From: an uncultured archaeon
GTDB lineage: Archaea; Asgardarchaeota; Thorarchaeia; Thorarchaeales; Thorarchaeaceae
Length of the DNA stretch: 64,000 nt
Direction of reading: 5' to 3'
Assembly (NCBI GenBank): GCA_964473825.1
Contig: CAYYQL010000007.1
Span: forward strand, 30,768-94,767
In this document: piece after piece, positions 9,499 to 18,477 of the stretch
Layout: each line of letters opens with the position of its first letter
Numbering within the stretch: the first letter of the stretch is position 1
The notes under the pieces: generated by a model
Seen by the model: the letters and a program-made list of their open reading frames with translations, nothing else
Database searches by the model: none
What the model was told of the DNA's origin: nothing
Program-made: the position numbers and the translations under genes

Positions 9499-10440
9499 TT
9501 AGACTATTGGTATGTTAGGCTCGACCTGCTCAGCAATCTTCCCACCTGTAAACTCTATGTAGAGCTTGGTGATAGCAATGACTGTCATCGGCATGAGTAG
9601 TAGGAGCCATAGTAGACCAGCTGTTACCGCCCATATCCCTATAACGGCGAGAACGGGATCGATGGTAACTGGAGGAGTCGTGGGCATTGGCATGAGCGGC
9701 CCGTACAGAACACCACCAATAATCATCGGGGCGAACGTTACAACTGCGAGAAGGATGATTGCAGTGATCAGACCGAAGACTCTGTCAAAGCGCTCAACGG
9801 AGAGCCTATACGACTCCTTGATTGCCTCCTGAACGCCTCTGCCTTTTGCTACTGCAGGAAAGGACATCACGAAGAGCCCGACTGTGATGTAGGTCCAGAC
9901 GGAGGTCACAATGGAGACAGCTATAGCAGGGATACCGGTGACTGTGCCACCCAACGCCAGTGAGGCCACACCCCATATGAGCAAAGATGGAAGGATGATG
10001 ATCACAGTCAGAACCGCTCCAAGGCCAGCAAAGCTGAGGAACTTGTGCCTGAAGTATGAAAAAGCAGACTCGGCATGGGTCTTGCCGGTCTCGACAGCCT
10101 CTGTGCTCATTCCGAACACTGAGCCCACTACTACAAGGAAGAGAGAGGCAATCGGAATAAAGATGAGTGTACCGACACCACCGACTAACCAGGGATTGTG
10201 CATTGCCCACGTATGCATGTTAACTCCAAAGTTGACCCAAAAGGTCGGGTCAACAGTAAAGGCAACTATCACGATAGGGATTACAAGGATTGCAAAGAGT
10301 ACGCCAATCAGAACAGCCATTCCGAGGTTCGCGAGAAAGAAACTCAGCATATTGCTCTTCGCGATGCGTAGACTCTGCTTCATATCATCGACGATTGTTC
10401 CAAATGTTGTAGACATCGTTTCATTCACCATGTATGTCAA
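9499..10440 (-). CDS. Polytopic membrane protein, paralog B (tandem duplicate of paralog A).
   Basis: Same N-terminal motif and TM pattern as 8515-9426. The true start is probably the internal ATG giving MSTTFG, near 10416. Confidence 0.65.
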   Translation of the reverse strand: MTYMVNETMSTTFGTIVDDMKQSLRIAKSNMLSFFLANLGMAVLIGVLFAILVIPIVIVAFTVDPTFWVNFGVNMHTWAMHNPWLVGGVGTLIFIPIASLFLVVVGSVFGMSTEAVETGKTHAESAFSYFRHKFLSFAGLGAVLTVIIILPSLLIWGVASLALGGTVTGIPAIAVSIVTSVWTYITVGLFVMSFPAVAKGRGVQEAIKESYRLSVERFDRVFGLITAIILLAVVTFAPMIIGGVLYGPLMPMPTTPPVTIDPVLAVIGIWAVTAGLLWLLLLMPMTVIAITKLYIEFTGGKIAEQVEPNIPIV

Positions 10441-10516
10441 ACGTCAAGCGTTTGATGTTTGTCAAACGTAGCACCGAATGTTTGCTTATAAATATTTTGA
10501 CGTTTGCCAAACGTTG
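10436..10516. promoter_or_regulatory. Cluster of CAAACG/CGTTTG half-sites including a perfect palindrome CAAACG-tcaag-CGTTTG, plus an AT-rich TATA-like tract TTATAAATATTTT at 10485-10497. This is the promoter region of the membrane/ArsR/toastrack operon.
   Basis: Seen directly: gtcaaacgtcaagcgtttgatgtttgtcaaacgtag at 10436-10471, and ttgacgtttgccaaacgttg at 10496-10516. Confidence 0.5.
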
Positions 10517-10905
10517 TTCAGTACACACGGAAACTGTCCCAGGAATCGTCCAATCAGTTTCAACCCACGAAACACGATGTACAAGATCCTCTATCCGCGG
10601 AATTCCAAAGCTGAAGCACAAAGCACATGATGACTCAAAGGCTCTTGTGACCAGTTGTTGGTTCACGCGAATATGTCCCAAGTCCGCTCATCCGAGGAGT
10701 CAGACAACCACTCACGGATTCTCATCCACAGTCCCACGAAGACCCACTCTCTGAGAGTATAAATCGAGATTCGGAAGAAAGGCTATGTGTTCAGCATCGT
10801 TGGATTGTGGCTCGGCGTCATGGTCATTGCCCTCCATCCGTGTCCTATCATGGTCACGATGTTTCCTGACATGGCCAGCAGTTCTGTCGCGCTCGCGGAC
10901 TGGAC

Positions 10906-12033
10906 CTAAATCTTGATCAAATCCCTGTCGAGTGCGATGTAAAGAAGCAAGCCGGCGATAAAACCAATGGCTATATTGAATGCCACAGAAAGCAGAGCTG
11001 CAAAGAGCATAACAGATACCTCTGTTTCTTCGATTTCCTTGAATGCAGTCTTACCCAGCTCAAGCGAGGTCAAGATGAGCATTATCCCTACGATGAACGC
11101 GGGATAAGATGTGAATATAGCCAAGAGACTCTCAGAAAAGAAGAGAGCAAGAGAAATCTCCATTAGGCCCTCCATCAACAATGCCCCGCCGGTTCTCGCT
11201 CCGAAGAGGTATTGACTCGCAAGCCCGCCAGCTCCGTGACAGAGGGGCATTCCACCTGCAAAAGGAGTCGTCACGTTGATAGCGCCCAGGTTGGCAATCA
11301 CATGCCTCGGAGTGATATCCGTCCTGTCGGGAAACAGATCATGGAGGAGGGCCACGGTGGCTATGACAGAGTTGGTCAGAGTAAGGAACAATTGTGCAAA
11401 CCCAGCATAGATGAAACCGTAGAACATGTCTTCTATCGAGAAGATATGCAGCTGAGGAAGTGAGAGACCTATACTGATGTCACCAATACTCAACAATCCG
11501 GTTATCAAGGCGTAGGCGAAACCAAAGAAGACAAGGAAGAGTGCAGCAGGCAAATACTTGTTGCGAAGTAACATGAATGCCATTATCATAAGCACCATTG
11601 AAATGAGAAGGTCCTGAGCTACAAGCTCGGCCCCAGCCAGCACCAGTGTGAAGGCCAGACCAAGCTGAATGCCTCGTACGACACTACTAGGTACTCGACG
11701 CAGAAGCGAATTGAGGCGCTTCGAGAAGGATAACAACACCCAGATCAAGCCCACTGAGAAGCCAGCCCCGAGGACTCTATGCACAGGCCATCTCTCGGCC
11801 AGAGACACGGCGCCGATGACTTTCTGAGGTTGAACTGTGAGAGGGAGTCTATAGATAAAAGCAAGAAACACGTTGGTGAATCCGATTCCCAACAGAACGC
11901 CAGTGGGACTGAAACCGCACAGAGTGATGTATCCGATAGTGAATGGGATCAAGGTGCCGAAGTCACCGAAGCTGCCGGCAAACTCTCGGATAGAAAACTC
12001 GAAGCCCCTAATCATAACCATCGGGTCAGTCAT
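10906..12033 (-). CDS. Membrane transporter, possibly a SulP/MOT1-like anion (molybdate/sulfate) permease.
   Basis: About 10 TM helices. The N-terminus FAGSFGDFGTLIPF resembles the SulP/MOT family start. The assignment is tentative. Confidence 0.45.
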   Translation of the reverse strand: MTDPMVMIRGFEFSIREFAGSFGDFGTLIPFTIGYITLCGFSPTGVLLGIGFTNVFLAFIYRLPLTVQPQKVIGAVSLAERWPVHRVLGAGFSVGLIWVLLSFSKRLNSLLRRVPSSVVRGIQLGLAFTLVLAGAELVAQDLLISMVLMIMAFMLLRNKYLPAALFLVFFGFAYALITGLLSIGDISIGLSLPQLHIFSIEDMFYGFIYAGFAQLFLTLTNSVIATVALLHDLFPDRTDITPRHVIANLGAINVTTPFAGGMPLCHGAGGLASQYLFGARTGGALLMEGLMEISLALFFSESLLAIFTSYPAFIVGIMLILTSLELGKTAFKEIEETEVSVMLFAALLSVAFNIAIGFIAGLLLYIALDRDLIKI

Positions 12034-12493
12034 CTCCTAACACTAGAGTCTCGGTTCCAGAAGTGTAGCGATGCGCCCAGAGCTTAGCTCTTGAGGTGTT
12101 CCTAAGCACAAACAAGACGCGGCTACTCCTCTTAACATCCCGCTCCCAATCAGCTACACTGCTCTCGTATACACGTCCAATAGTGCTGTTTTCGGGAGTT
12201 CTGGTAATAGACAGTTGCATTATTCGTTTCTTGCTGCTCATCTTCTTATCCACCTTTGCGGGTGTGTGACCTTCAGGTCGAATATCAGAGAGATTCTCGG
12301 AAATGAGGTCTAAGCCTGCACTCCTTACTTCCACGAGCAGTGTTCATCGGCGTTACCTTGCAGCACTCGTATCTCACCAAGCTGGCAGTTCAGTATTATT
12401 CGTTCTGGATATAAGAATAGCACGCACGAGAGTCGGTGACAGGTCACCATTTAATAGAAGCTGTGTTGAGAACCGGATTGGGTCGAATAGAGT

Positions 12494-13447
12494 ATGTCAG
12501 CCATAGAAACTGATAGTCTTACCAAGTACTACAATGGGCTCCTCGCTGTTGACAACATCTCCTTTGATGTCAAGAGGGGAGAGGTGTTCGGATTCCTCGG
12601 CCCGAATGGAGCAGGAAAGACATCAACGATACGGATGCTTGTGGGACTATCCCGGCCGAGTAATGGCACCGCGAAAGTGGCAGGCTACAGCATAACAGAC
12701 AATATTGTGGAGGTGAAACGTCGCGTAGGCCTAGTACCCGAAGTCTCGAATCTCTATGATGAACTCTCGGTATGGGAGAACCTTCTCTTCATGTCTCAGC
12801 TATATCACGTTCCAAGACACAAACGCGACTCACGAGTTGAGGAGTCCCTTCGTTCTCTTGATTTGATGCAAAGGAAGGAAACAAAATTCGGCAAGCTCTC
12901 TAAAGGTCTGAAGCGACGTGTTGTGATAGCAGCGTCATTGGTACATGAACCAGAGATTCTGTTTTTGGACGAGCCAACCGTTGGACTAGATGTGATGAGT
13001 GCCCATTCCCTGAGGGACTACATCGAACATCTTGGCTCCCAGCAAACTACTGTCTTCCTCACGACACACTATATTGAAGAGGCAGACCGCCTGTGCGATC
13101 GTATTGCTATTCTCGTTGAGGGACGAATTCAGGTCCTAGACACGCCCGAAAACATCAAGAAACGGATAAGAACCCAGTCCATCATCCGATCCGAGCTCTC
13201 CACAGAACCAAGCGAGGACCTGCTTCGCGGGCTTGGCACCTTGGGTCAGCTGCAGCAAAAGGGTCGGTTCCTAGATATTCGGGTCGAGAGGCTCGATACC
13301 TCCCTGAACACTTTCGTAAGTCTCGTGAAAACCCATGGACTATCTATAGAGACCTTAGAAGCAGACCGACCGTCACTCGAAGAGGCCTTCCTGGAGATCA
13401 CTGGATTATCGCCAGAAAGACTGAGAGCGGAGAAGGAGGGGGCGTAA
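12494..13447 (+). CDS. ABC transporter ATP-binding protein (ABC-2 exporter type).
   Basis: Walker A GPNGAGKTS, signature LSKGLKRRV, Walker B ILFLDEPTVGLD. Confidence 0.9.
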   Translation: MSAIETDSLTKYYNGLLAVDNISFDVKRGEVFGFLGPNGAGKTSTIRMLVGLSRPSNGTAKVAGYSITDNIVEVKRRVGLVPEVSNLYDELSVWENLLFMSQLYHVPRHKRDSRVEESLRSLDLMQRKETKFGKLSKGLKRRVVIAASLVHEPEILFLDEPTVGLDVMSAHSLRDYIEHLGSQQTTVFLTTHYIEEADRLCDRIAILVEGRIQVLDTPENIKKRIRTQSIIRSELSTEPSEDLLRGLGTLGQLQQKGRFLDIRVERLDTSLNTFVSLVKTHGLSIETLEADRPSLEEAFLEITGLSPERLRAEKEGA

Positions 13448-13449
13448 GA

Positions 13450-14187
13450 ATGAAACTAAGAGACGAACTCAGTGGAATGCTTTACATTCTTTGGAAGGAC
13501 CTGCGAGCATACTATTTCAAACCTCCCAATATCAGCTGGGGAATCTTCTTCCCGCTTGTACTAACTTTAGCATTCACCCTTCGTGACCCGACAGGTCTCA
13601 ACGATCTTGCTCCTGGTCTGATAGCAATGGCTGCAGTCTTCGGCACCACTAGCATGGAAGCAATAGTCATAACTTTCGAAAGGCGCCAAGGTGCTCTTGA
13701 GCGGCTGCTGCTCGCCCCCATATCTGTGAGAGCACTACTCTTTGGGAAGATTCTCGGAGGAGCAGTCTTTGGAGGAATGATATCTGGAGTCATGATATTC
13801 ATTGCCTCAGTCATGTTCGGCATGCAGATTGCAGATCCTGTTCTGTTCTTCGGCTCACTTGTTCTGACGCTATTGACACTCTCGGCCTTGGGAGCCCTGG
13901 TGGCAGTCTCTGTCAAGGAGGTGTTTGAGGCACAGACACTCTCCAACTTCTTCCGATTCCCGATGGTGTTTGTGTGCGGCGTGTTTATCCCAGTTGAAAC
14001 AATGCCGCTGGCACTCCAAGCAGTTGCCTATTTGCTCCCGCTCACATACTCAGTGAATGCACTCAGACTGGCGACATCACAGGAGTTGAGCACGGTGGGT
14101 CCTCTGGCAAATGTTGCAGCAATTGTCTTGTTCCTCATCCTCTTTCTTGTCGCCTGTGAATGGATACTGAAACGCAGTATGAAATGA
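13450..14187 (+). CDS. ABC-2 family transporter permease.
   Basis: Six predicted TM helices, 245 aa, immediately after the ATPase gene (2-nt gap). Confidence 0.8.
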   Translation: MKLRDELSGMLYILWKDLRAYYFKPPNISWGIFFPLVLTLAFTLRDPTGLNDLAPGLIAMAAVFGTTSMEAIVITFERRQGALERLLLAPISVRALLFGKILGGAVFGGMISGVMIFIASVMFGMQIADPVLFFGSLVLTLLTLSALGALVAVSVKEVFEAQTLSNFFRFPMVFVCGVFIPVETMPLALQAVAYLLPLTYSVNALRLATSQELSTVGPLANVAAIVLFLILFLVACEWILKRSMK

Positions 14188-14239
14188 ACGACAGAAGAGA
14201 GCAACAGATTCTTGACCATCGTTGTGTCCGGGAACCAAG

Positions 14240-15274
14240 ATGAACATCGAAGAGGCAATCCGCGCTCTGCCGAAAGCAGAGCTACACATTCATACCTTGG
14301 GCTCTATCAGACCCACAACGCTACTTGACATCATAAACGAGTCAGATAGCACCCGTTCCATGTCTGAAGAACAAATGAGCAAAATGTTCCAGTATGATGA
14401 CTTTCCCCATTTCATAGAGACCTATAAGACGATTATCAGGTATATCACACATGAGGAGTATTTTGAAAGGATTACCTTTGAGATGCTTGGGGATTGCAGC
14501 AAATCCAACATCAAATACGTTGAGGCAAGTCTGTCTCCAATAGACCATGTAGAGCAGGGTCTTGACTACTTCAAGATGATTCAAGCGGTGAGGAGAGGGC
14601 TTCGCCGAGGGGAGAAGGTGTTCGACATCGAGTCGGACATCAGAATCGATCTTGTAAGAGAACTAGATTCCCGGGCTGCAATGCAGGTGCTCGACTGGGT
14701 TGAAGAAGACATGGAGAAGATTGTTTCAGTGGACATCGGAGGAAGCGAGGACAGATTTCCACCCGCGCCCTTTGTAGATGTCTTTCAGAGGGCGAGAGAT
14801 ATGGGTCTCCATCTGATTGCTCATGCCGGTGAGGCTGCGGGGCCGCAGTCCATCTGGGATGCAATCAGGTTGCTGCAAGTGGAGCGCATTGGTCATGGAG
14901 TAAGCGCTCGAGAAGACCTCCGATTGATGGCTGAACTAAAGGAGAGAGGTATAGTCATCGAGGCTTGTCCTATCAGCAATGTACGTACTAAGGCTGTTTC
15001 CAGTATCGAGGATCACCCAGTCAGAGAATTCTATGACTATGGCCTCAATGTAACTGTGAATAGCGACGATCCGACGCTCTTCAACACAGATTTGAATAAT
15101 GAATATCTCCAGCTCCATAGACATCTCGGGTTCACCCTTCAGGAACTCGCTCAACTCTCCCTCAATGCAGTGGATGCAGCCTTCATCGTAGAGGGTGAAC
15201 GGTCCAAGCTTCGTTCTGCAGTCCTCGAAGAATACAAGAGAATTCGCGCCTCTTTGCGGGAAACGCCCATCTGA
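14240..15274 (+). CDS. Adenosine/AMP deaminase family amidohydrolase.
   Basis: Metal-binding motifs ELHIHTLGS, HAGE and NSDDPTLFNTDL match the ADA family. The likely start is the ATG giving MNIEEAIRALPK. The track start GTG at 14222 is upstream in the same frame. Confidence 0.75.
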   Translation: MNIEEAIRALPKAELHIHTLGSIRPTTLLDIINESDSTRSMSEEQMSKMFQYDDFPHFIETYKTIIRYITHEEYFERITFEMLGDCSKSNIKYVEASLSPIDHVEQGLDYFKMIQAVRRGLRRGEKVFDIESDIRIDLVRELDSRAAMQVLDWVEEDMEKIVSVDIGGSEDRFPPAPFVDVFQRARDMGLHLIAHAGEAAGPQSIWDAIRLLQVERIGHGVSAREDLRLMAELKERGIVIEACPISNVRTKAVSSIEDHPVREFYDYGLNVTVNSDDPTLFNTDLNNEYLQLHRHLGFTLQELAQLSLNAVDAAFIVEGERSKLRSAVLEEYKRIRASLRETPI

Positions 15275-15360
15275 GGGCGGGTGGACTTCTCGAAATGACG
15301 AATGGCCAAGAAGCGGTGTGCTTCATATAGAACCCACCGGATATACTCATTCCGCGTGGT

Positions 15361-15395
15361 ACAAACGTCAAGCGGTTGCTGTTGGTCAAACATTC
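15361..15395. promoter_or_regulatory. Second copy of the 35-nt CAAACGTCAAGCG(G/T)TTG element, about 29 of 35 positions identical to 10437-10471.
   Basis: acaaacgtcaagcggttgctgttggtcaaacattc, in the gap between the deaminase and the epimerase genes. Confidence 0.5.
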
Positions 15396-15563
15396 CATAG
15401 AAAGAACATAGATCTTCGTTTTTTCACCAGACTCTTACTCAAGCCCATAGACCTCTCTTATCGAAAATATCGTGAACGCTGACTCCTCAAGTGCAATCTC
15501 CGGATCCCATGTGTGGAGAAGGACGCTGAGAAAGGACAGGATGACTAGCAATGTAGAGGTAAC

Positions 15564-16577
15564 GTGAAATCCATGAAACAACTAAATAGGGAACGGCATT
15601 ACTTTCACACTATGCGAGTACTGCTGACTGGAGCCTTTGGAAACGTTGGAGAGAGCACGCTGATAGCCCTATTCGATAAGGGGTATGATGTCCGATGCTT
15701 TGATGTGCCTACAAAGAGTAATGAAAAGAAGCAACAGGAACTTCAAAGACTCGGAGGGTTTCAGACAGTCTGGGGAGATATCCGTGATGCTGATGCTGTA
15801 TCTATGGCAACTCGTGGTATGAATGCAATCATTCACCTAGCGGCCATCATTCCCCCAATGACTGAGAAGTACCCAGATATTGCTAAAGCCGTGAACGTAG
15901 TTGGCACAGCCAACCTGTTGGCTGCTGCAGAGGAAATGCACACCAATCCAAGATTCATCTATGCTAGCTCTGTGGCGACCTTTGGACAATGCAACGGTGA
16001 TGGCCCACCAAAGACTGCGGCAGATCCTGTATGCGCTACCGATACCTATACCACTCACAAGATCGAGTGCGAGAAGATGGTATGGGAGAGCGGATTACCA
16101 TGGGCAATACTCAGGTTTGGAGTTGTCACTCCTCTTGCTATTACTAGTGAGTTAGACCCAATAGTGTTCGAGATTCCTCTGGAACAGCGGATTGAGTTTG
16201 TTCATACTAGAGATATTGGTCTAGCATGTGCAAATGCTGTTGAGGCAGATTGTCTGGGGAAGGTGCTTCTTCTCGGGGGCGGGCCCTCATGTCAGATGAG
16301 GTATCGTGACCTCGTGCAGGGCATGCTCGATGCAATGGGAGTTGGTATGCTACCGGACAGCGCCTTCAAGCGGCCCACCTGTGAGGAAGAGTGGTATCAA
16401 ACTGACTGGATGGATACGGAAGAGGCTCAAAGAATTCTTGCGTTCCAGAAGCATGACTTCCAAGATTTCTTGAATGAGTACAAGAAACGCGCTGGAATGA
16501 GGCGACATATTGCGAGGCTTTTCAGACCCATAGTACGGCGAAAGCTGCTCTCGGCCTCACCGTACTACAAGGAGTAG
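15564..16577 (+). CDS. NAD-dependent epimerase/dehydratase family protein.
   Basis: Rossmann motif VLLTGAFGNVG near the N-terminus. The true start is possibly the ATG at 15612 giving MRVLLTG. Has the YxxxK-type SDR layout. Confidence 0.75.
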   Translation: MKSMKQLNRERHYFHTMRVLLTGAFGNVGESTLIALFDKGYDVRCFDVPTKSNEKKQQELQRLGGFQTVWGDIRDADAVSMATRGMNAIIHLAAIIPPMTEKYPDIAKAVNVVGTANLLAAAEEMHTNPRFIYASSVATFGQCNGDGPPKTAADPVCATDTYTTHKIECEKMVWESGLPWAILRFGVVTPLAITSELDPIVFEIPLEQRIEFVHTRDIGLACANAVEADCLGKVLLLGGGPSCQMRYRDLVQGMLDAMGVGMLPDSAFKRPTCEEEWYQTDWMDTEEAQRILAFQKHDFQDFLNEYKKRAGMRRHIARLFRPIVRRKLLSASPYYKE

Positions 16578-16742
16578 GTGGTCTGACAGGGATTGCCACT
16601 GCCCCGATATCGGCAACAAGCCATCTGTTGGTCGCGCAAACTACCGAGAGCACTATGAAGAGTCTGATGCCTTACCGGCTGGAGAACACCGCTAGAGCAT
16701 GAAATGGGGAAAGGGGATATCCCTATTTTGTGAATTGGTGTC

Positions 16743-17042
16743 TCACTCGTGCCACGGACTCTGAGGGGTTCTATGGTGCCTTCTTGAGGTGTAGTACGGA
16801 GTTTCACGCCCGGTACCATTGGTGAACCAGCTAGCGACCCATTTCCCCAAGTATCCGTTGACGATTGCCCCAATTGCCACTCTGATGATTGCAGCGATGT
16901 TGTAGAATGTGCTAGATGCAACGTTAAGCAGCAATCCGAAAAGCCAGAGGGGTATACCGGCAATCAGGAGTAGAATCAAGCATCCCGGCAAAACAGCCAG
17001 AACGAAAACGGTGGCCAGTGGTAACCGTCCTGCCCCTCTCAA
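16743..17042 (-). CDS. Small hypothetical membrane protein (two predicted TM helices).
   Basis: Only ORF-level support in an otherwise empty 730-nt gap. Hydrophobic segments LATVFVLAVLPGCLILLLIAGIPLWLFGLLL. Confidence 0.25.
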   Translation of the reverse strand: MRGAGRLPLATVFVLAVLPGCLILLLIAGIPLWLFGLLLNVASSTFYNIAAIIRVAIGAIVNGYLGKWVASWFTNGTGRETPYYTSRRHHRTPQSPWHE

Positions 17043-17310
17043 CTTGAATACACATGGAACAGTATGGCTATGAGCACTTATGAACGAAGATCTCTGCCAG
17101 ACAGCACAGTGTAGCGTTCCATAATCTCGGCTCCCGCGATCAGCATGATTGTTACGGAACTCACCACCGAACCCAACTGATGTGGGCCCGTGAGCAGTTC
17201 GAGTTAGGTATGTAGCAGAGGCAGATACCAGACACCAAACTAAGATTTAAGGGCAGAAACCTCTGAAAGAGGCCAATGGCAAACTCTTGATTTGAAGGAG
17301 GTTTCCGTCC

Positions 17311-18447
17311 GTGAATGATGTTGTCTTCGAGTGTGAGTTTCTTGGTCGAAACCATGGCAGCATAGAGGTGGATAGTGACGTTACGGAGATCAACCTTGTT
17401 GAGATGGACATTGTCAGCATCGATCTCAGTCCAATTGTCCGCTGTAGTAACCTCGAGCGCCTGACGCTGTCAGAAAACCCACTTCGTGACATTGACCTTA
17501 CACCGCTTGCTCAATGTAAGAAACTGCAGGAACTCTGCCTCCGTTGGAATCAGCTTGACCAAGTAGATTTGAAGCCCCTTGGTCACCTAGACAATATGAT
17601 CGAGATTGACATCTCATCAAATGGACTCAGAAGTGTTGACCTAGAACCCCTGAGAGGAAAGCATACGATTCGTGACCTGTACGTCTCTGCCAATGAGATA
17701 AATGAGATTGACCTTTCGCCTCTTGTCGATTGTAGGAGTCTTCGCTATCTTGGTCTGACTCATAACCTCCTAAAGGACGTGAGTTTGACAGCGTTGAGTC
17801 AGTGTCCAAACCTTCGCTATTTGGGCCTTACAAGCAACAGAATAGAGAGTATAGACTTGGGACCCCTTGAAAACTGCAGCAGACTCGAGAGAGTCGAACT
17901 AGAGCACAACGAGATTGAAGAGCTTGACTTGCGCGCATTGGATACGTGTCGAAGCCTCGAGTACCTCAATCTGAAATCAAATCGGTTGCAGAGTCTTGAC
18001 CTCGAACCGCTCAAGCGTTCCACACGACTCCGGTATCTGCTGCTCTCATCCAATTCACTAAAGACCATCGATTTGTCGCCGCTACAGAACTGCGAGAACT
18101 TAGAACAGCTGCTCCTCGACCACAACGAGTTGCAGCATATGGAGCTGGATCCTCTAAGCCAGATACCCAGCCTTCGCGAGCTGCGTTTGGGAGCGAATGC
18201 ATTGACAGAGATTGATCTCTCACCCGTCAAAGGCATGCGAAATCTAAGAACCCTTGATCTTTCAGACAACCCACTCGAGCCAGTGAATGTAACTCCCCTC
18301 TTCTTCTGTGAAGCACTAAGGAAATTCAATGTCGAGAGATCAACACCGGGTAGGGCGATCCGTTTGATGGCTGATGGGAATGAAAAGGGAAGGGAAAACT
18401 TACCGAGGGCTATAAGGGAGATAGAAGAACGGATTGAGTGGACCTAG
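17311..18447 (+). CDS. Leucine-rich-repeat (LRR) protein with about 13 repeats of 22-23 aa.
   Basis: Repeating LxxLxLxxNxLxxxDLxPLxxCxxL units, e.g. LERLTLSENPLRDIDLTPLAQCKKLQELCLRWNQLDQVDLKPL. Confidence 0.85.
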   Translation: MNDVVFECEFLGRNHGSIEVDSDVTEINLVEMDIVSIDLSPIVRCSNLERLTLSENPLRDIDLTPLAQCKKLQELCLRWNQLDQVDLKPLGHLDNMIEIDISSNGLRSVDLEPLRGKHTIRDLYVSANEINEIDLSPLVDCRSLRYLGLTHNLLKDVSLTALSQCPNLRYLGLTSNRIESIDLGPLENCSRLERVELEHNEIEELDLRALDTCRSLEYLNLKSNRLQSLDLEPLKRSTRLRYLLLSSNSLKTIDLSPLQNCENLEQLLLDHNELQHMELDPLSQIPSLRELRLGANALTEIDLSPVKGMRNLRTLDLSDNPLEPVNVTPLFFCEALRKFNVERSTPGRAIRLMADGNEKGRENLPRAIREIEERIEWT

Positions 18448-18477
18448 TACTTCTGAGTAAGCTTCAAGTGCCGCTGA

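Noticed and set aside
8515-10440. The two same-frame membrane ORFs separated by one stop read as a single interrupted gene.
   Set aside because: Each copy has its own aligned N-terminus (MSTTFG... and MSEKQTDFG...) and a start codon. There are about 70 nt between the stop of B and the probable ATG of A, so these are tandem paralogs.
12034-12493. 460-nt intergenic region that might hold an ncRNA or tRNA.
   Set aside because: No conserved tRNA features or obvious structured repeats. It is most simply a divergent promoter region for the transporter and the ABC operon.
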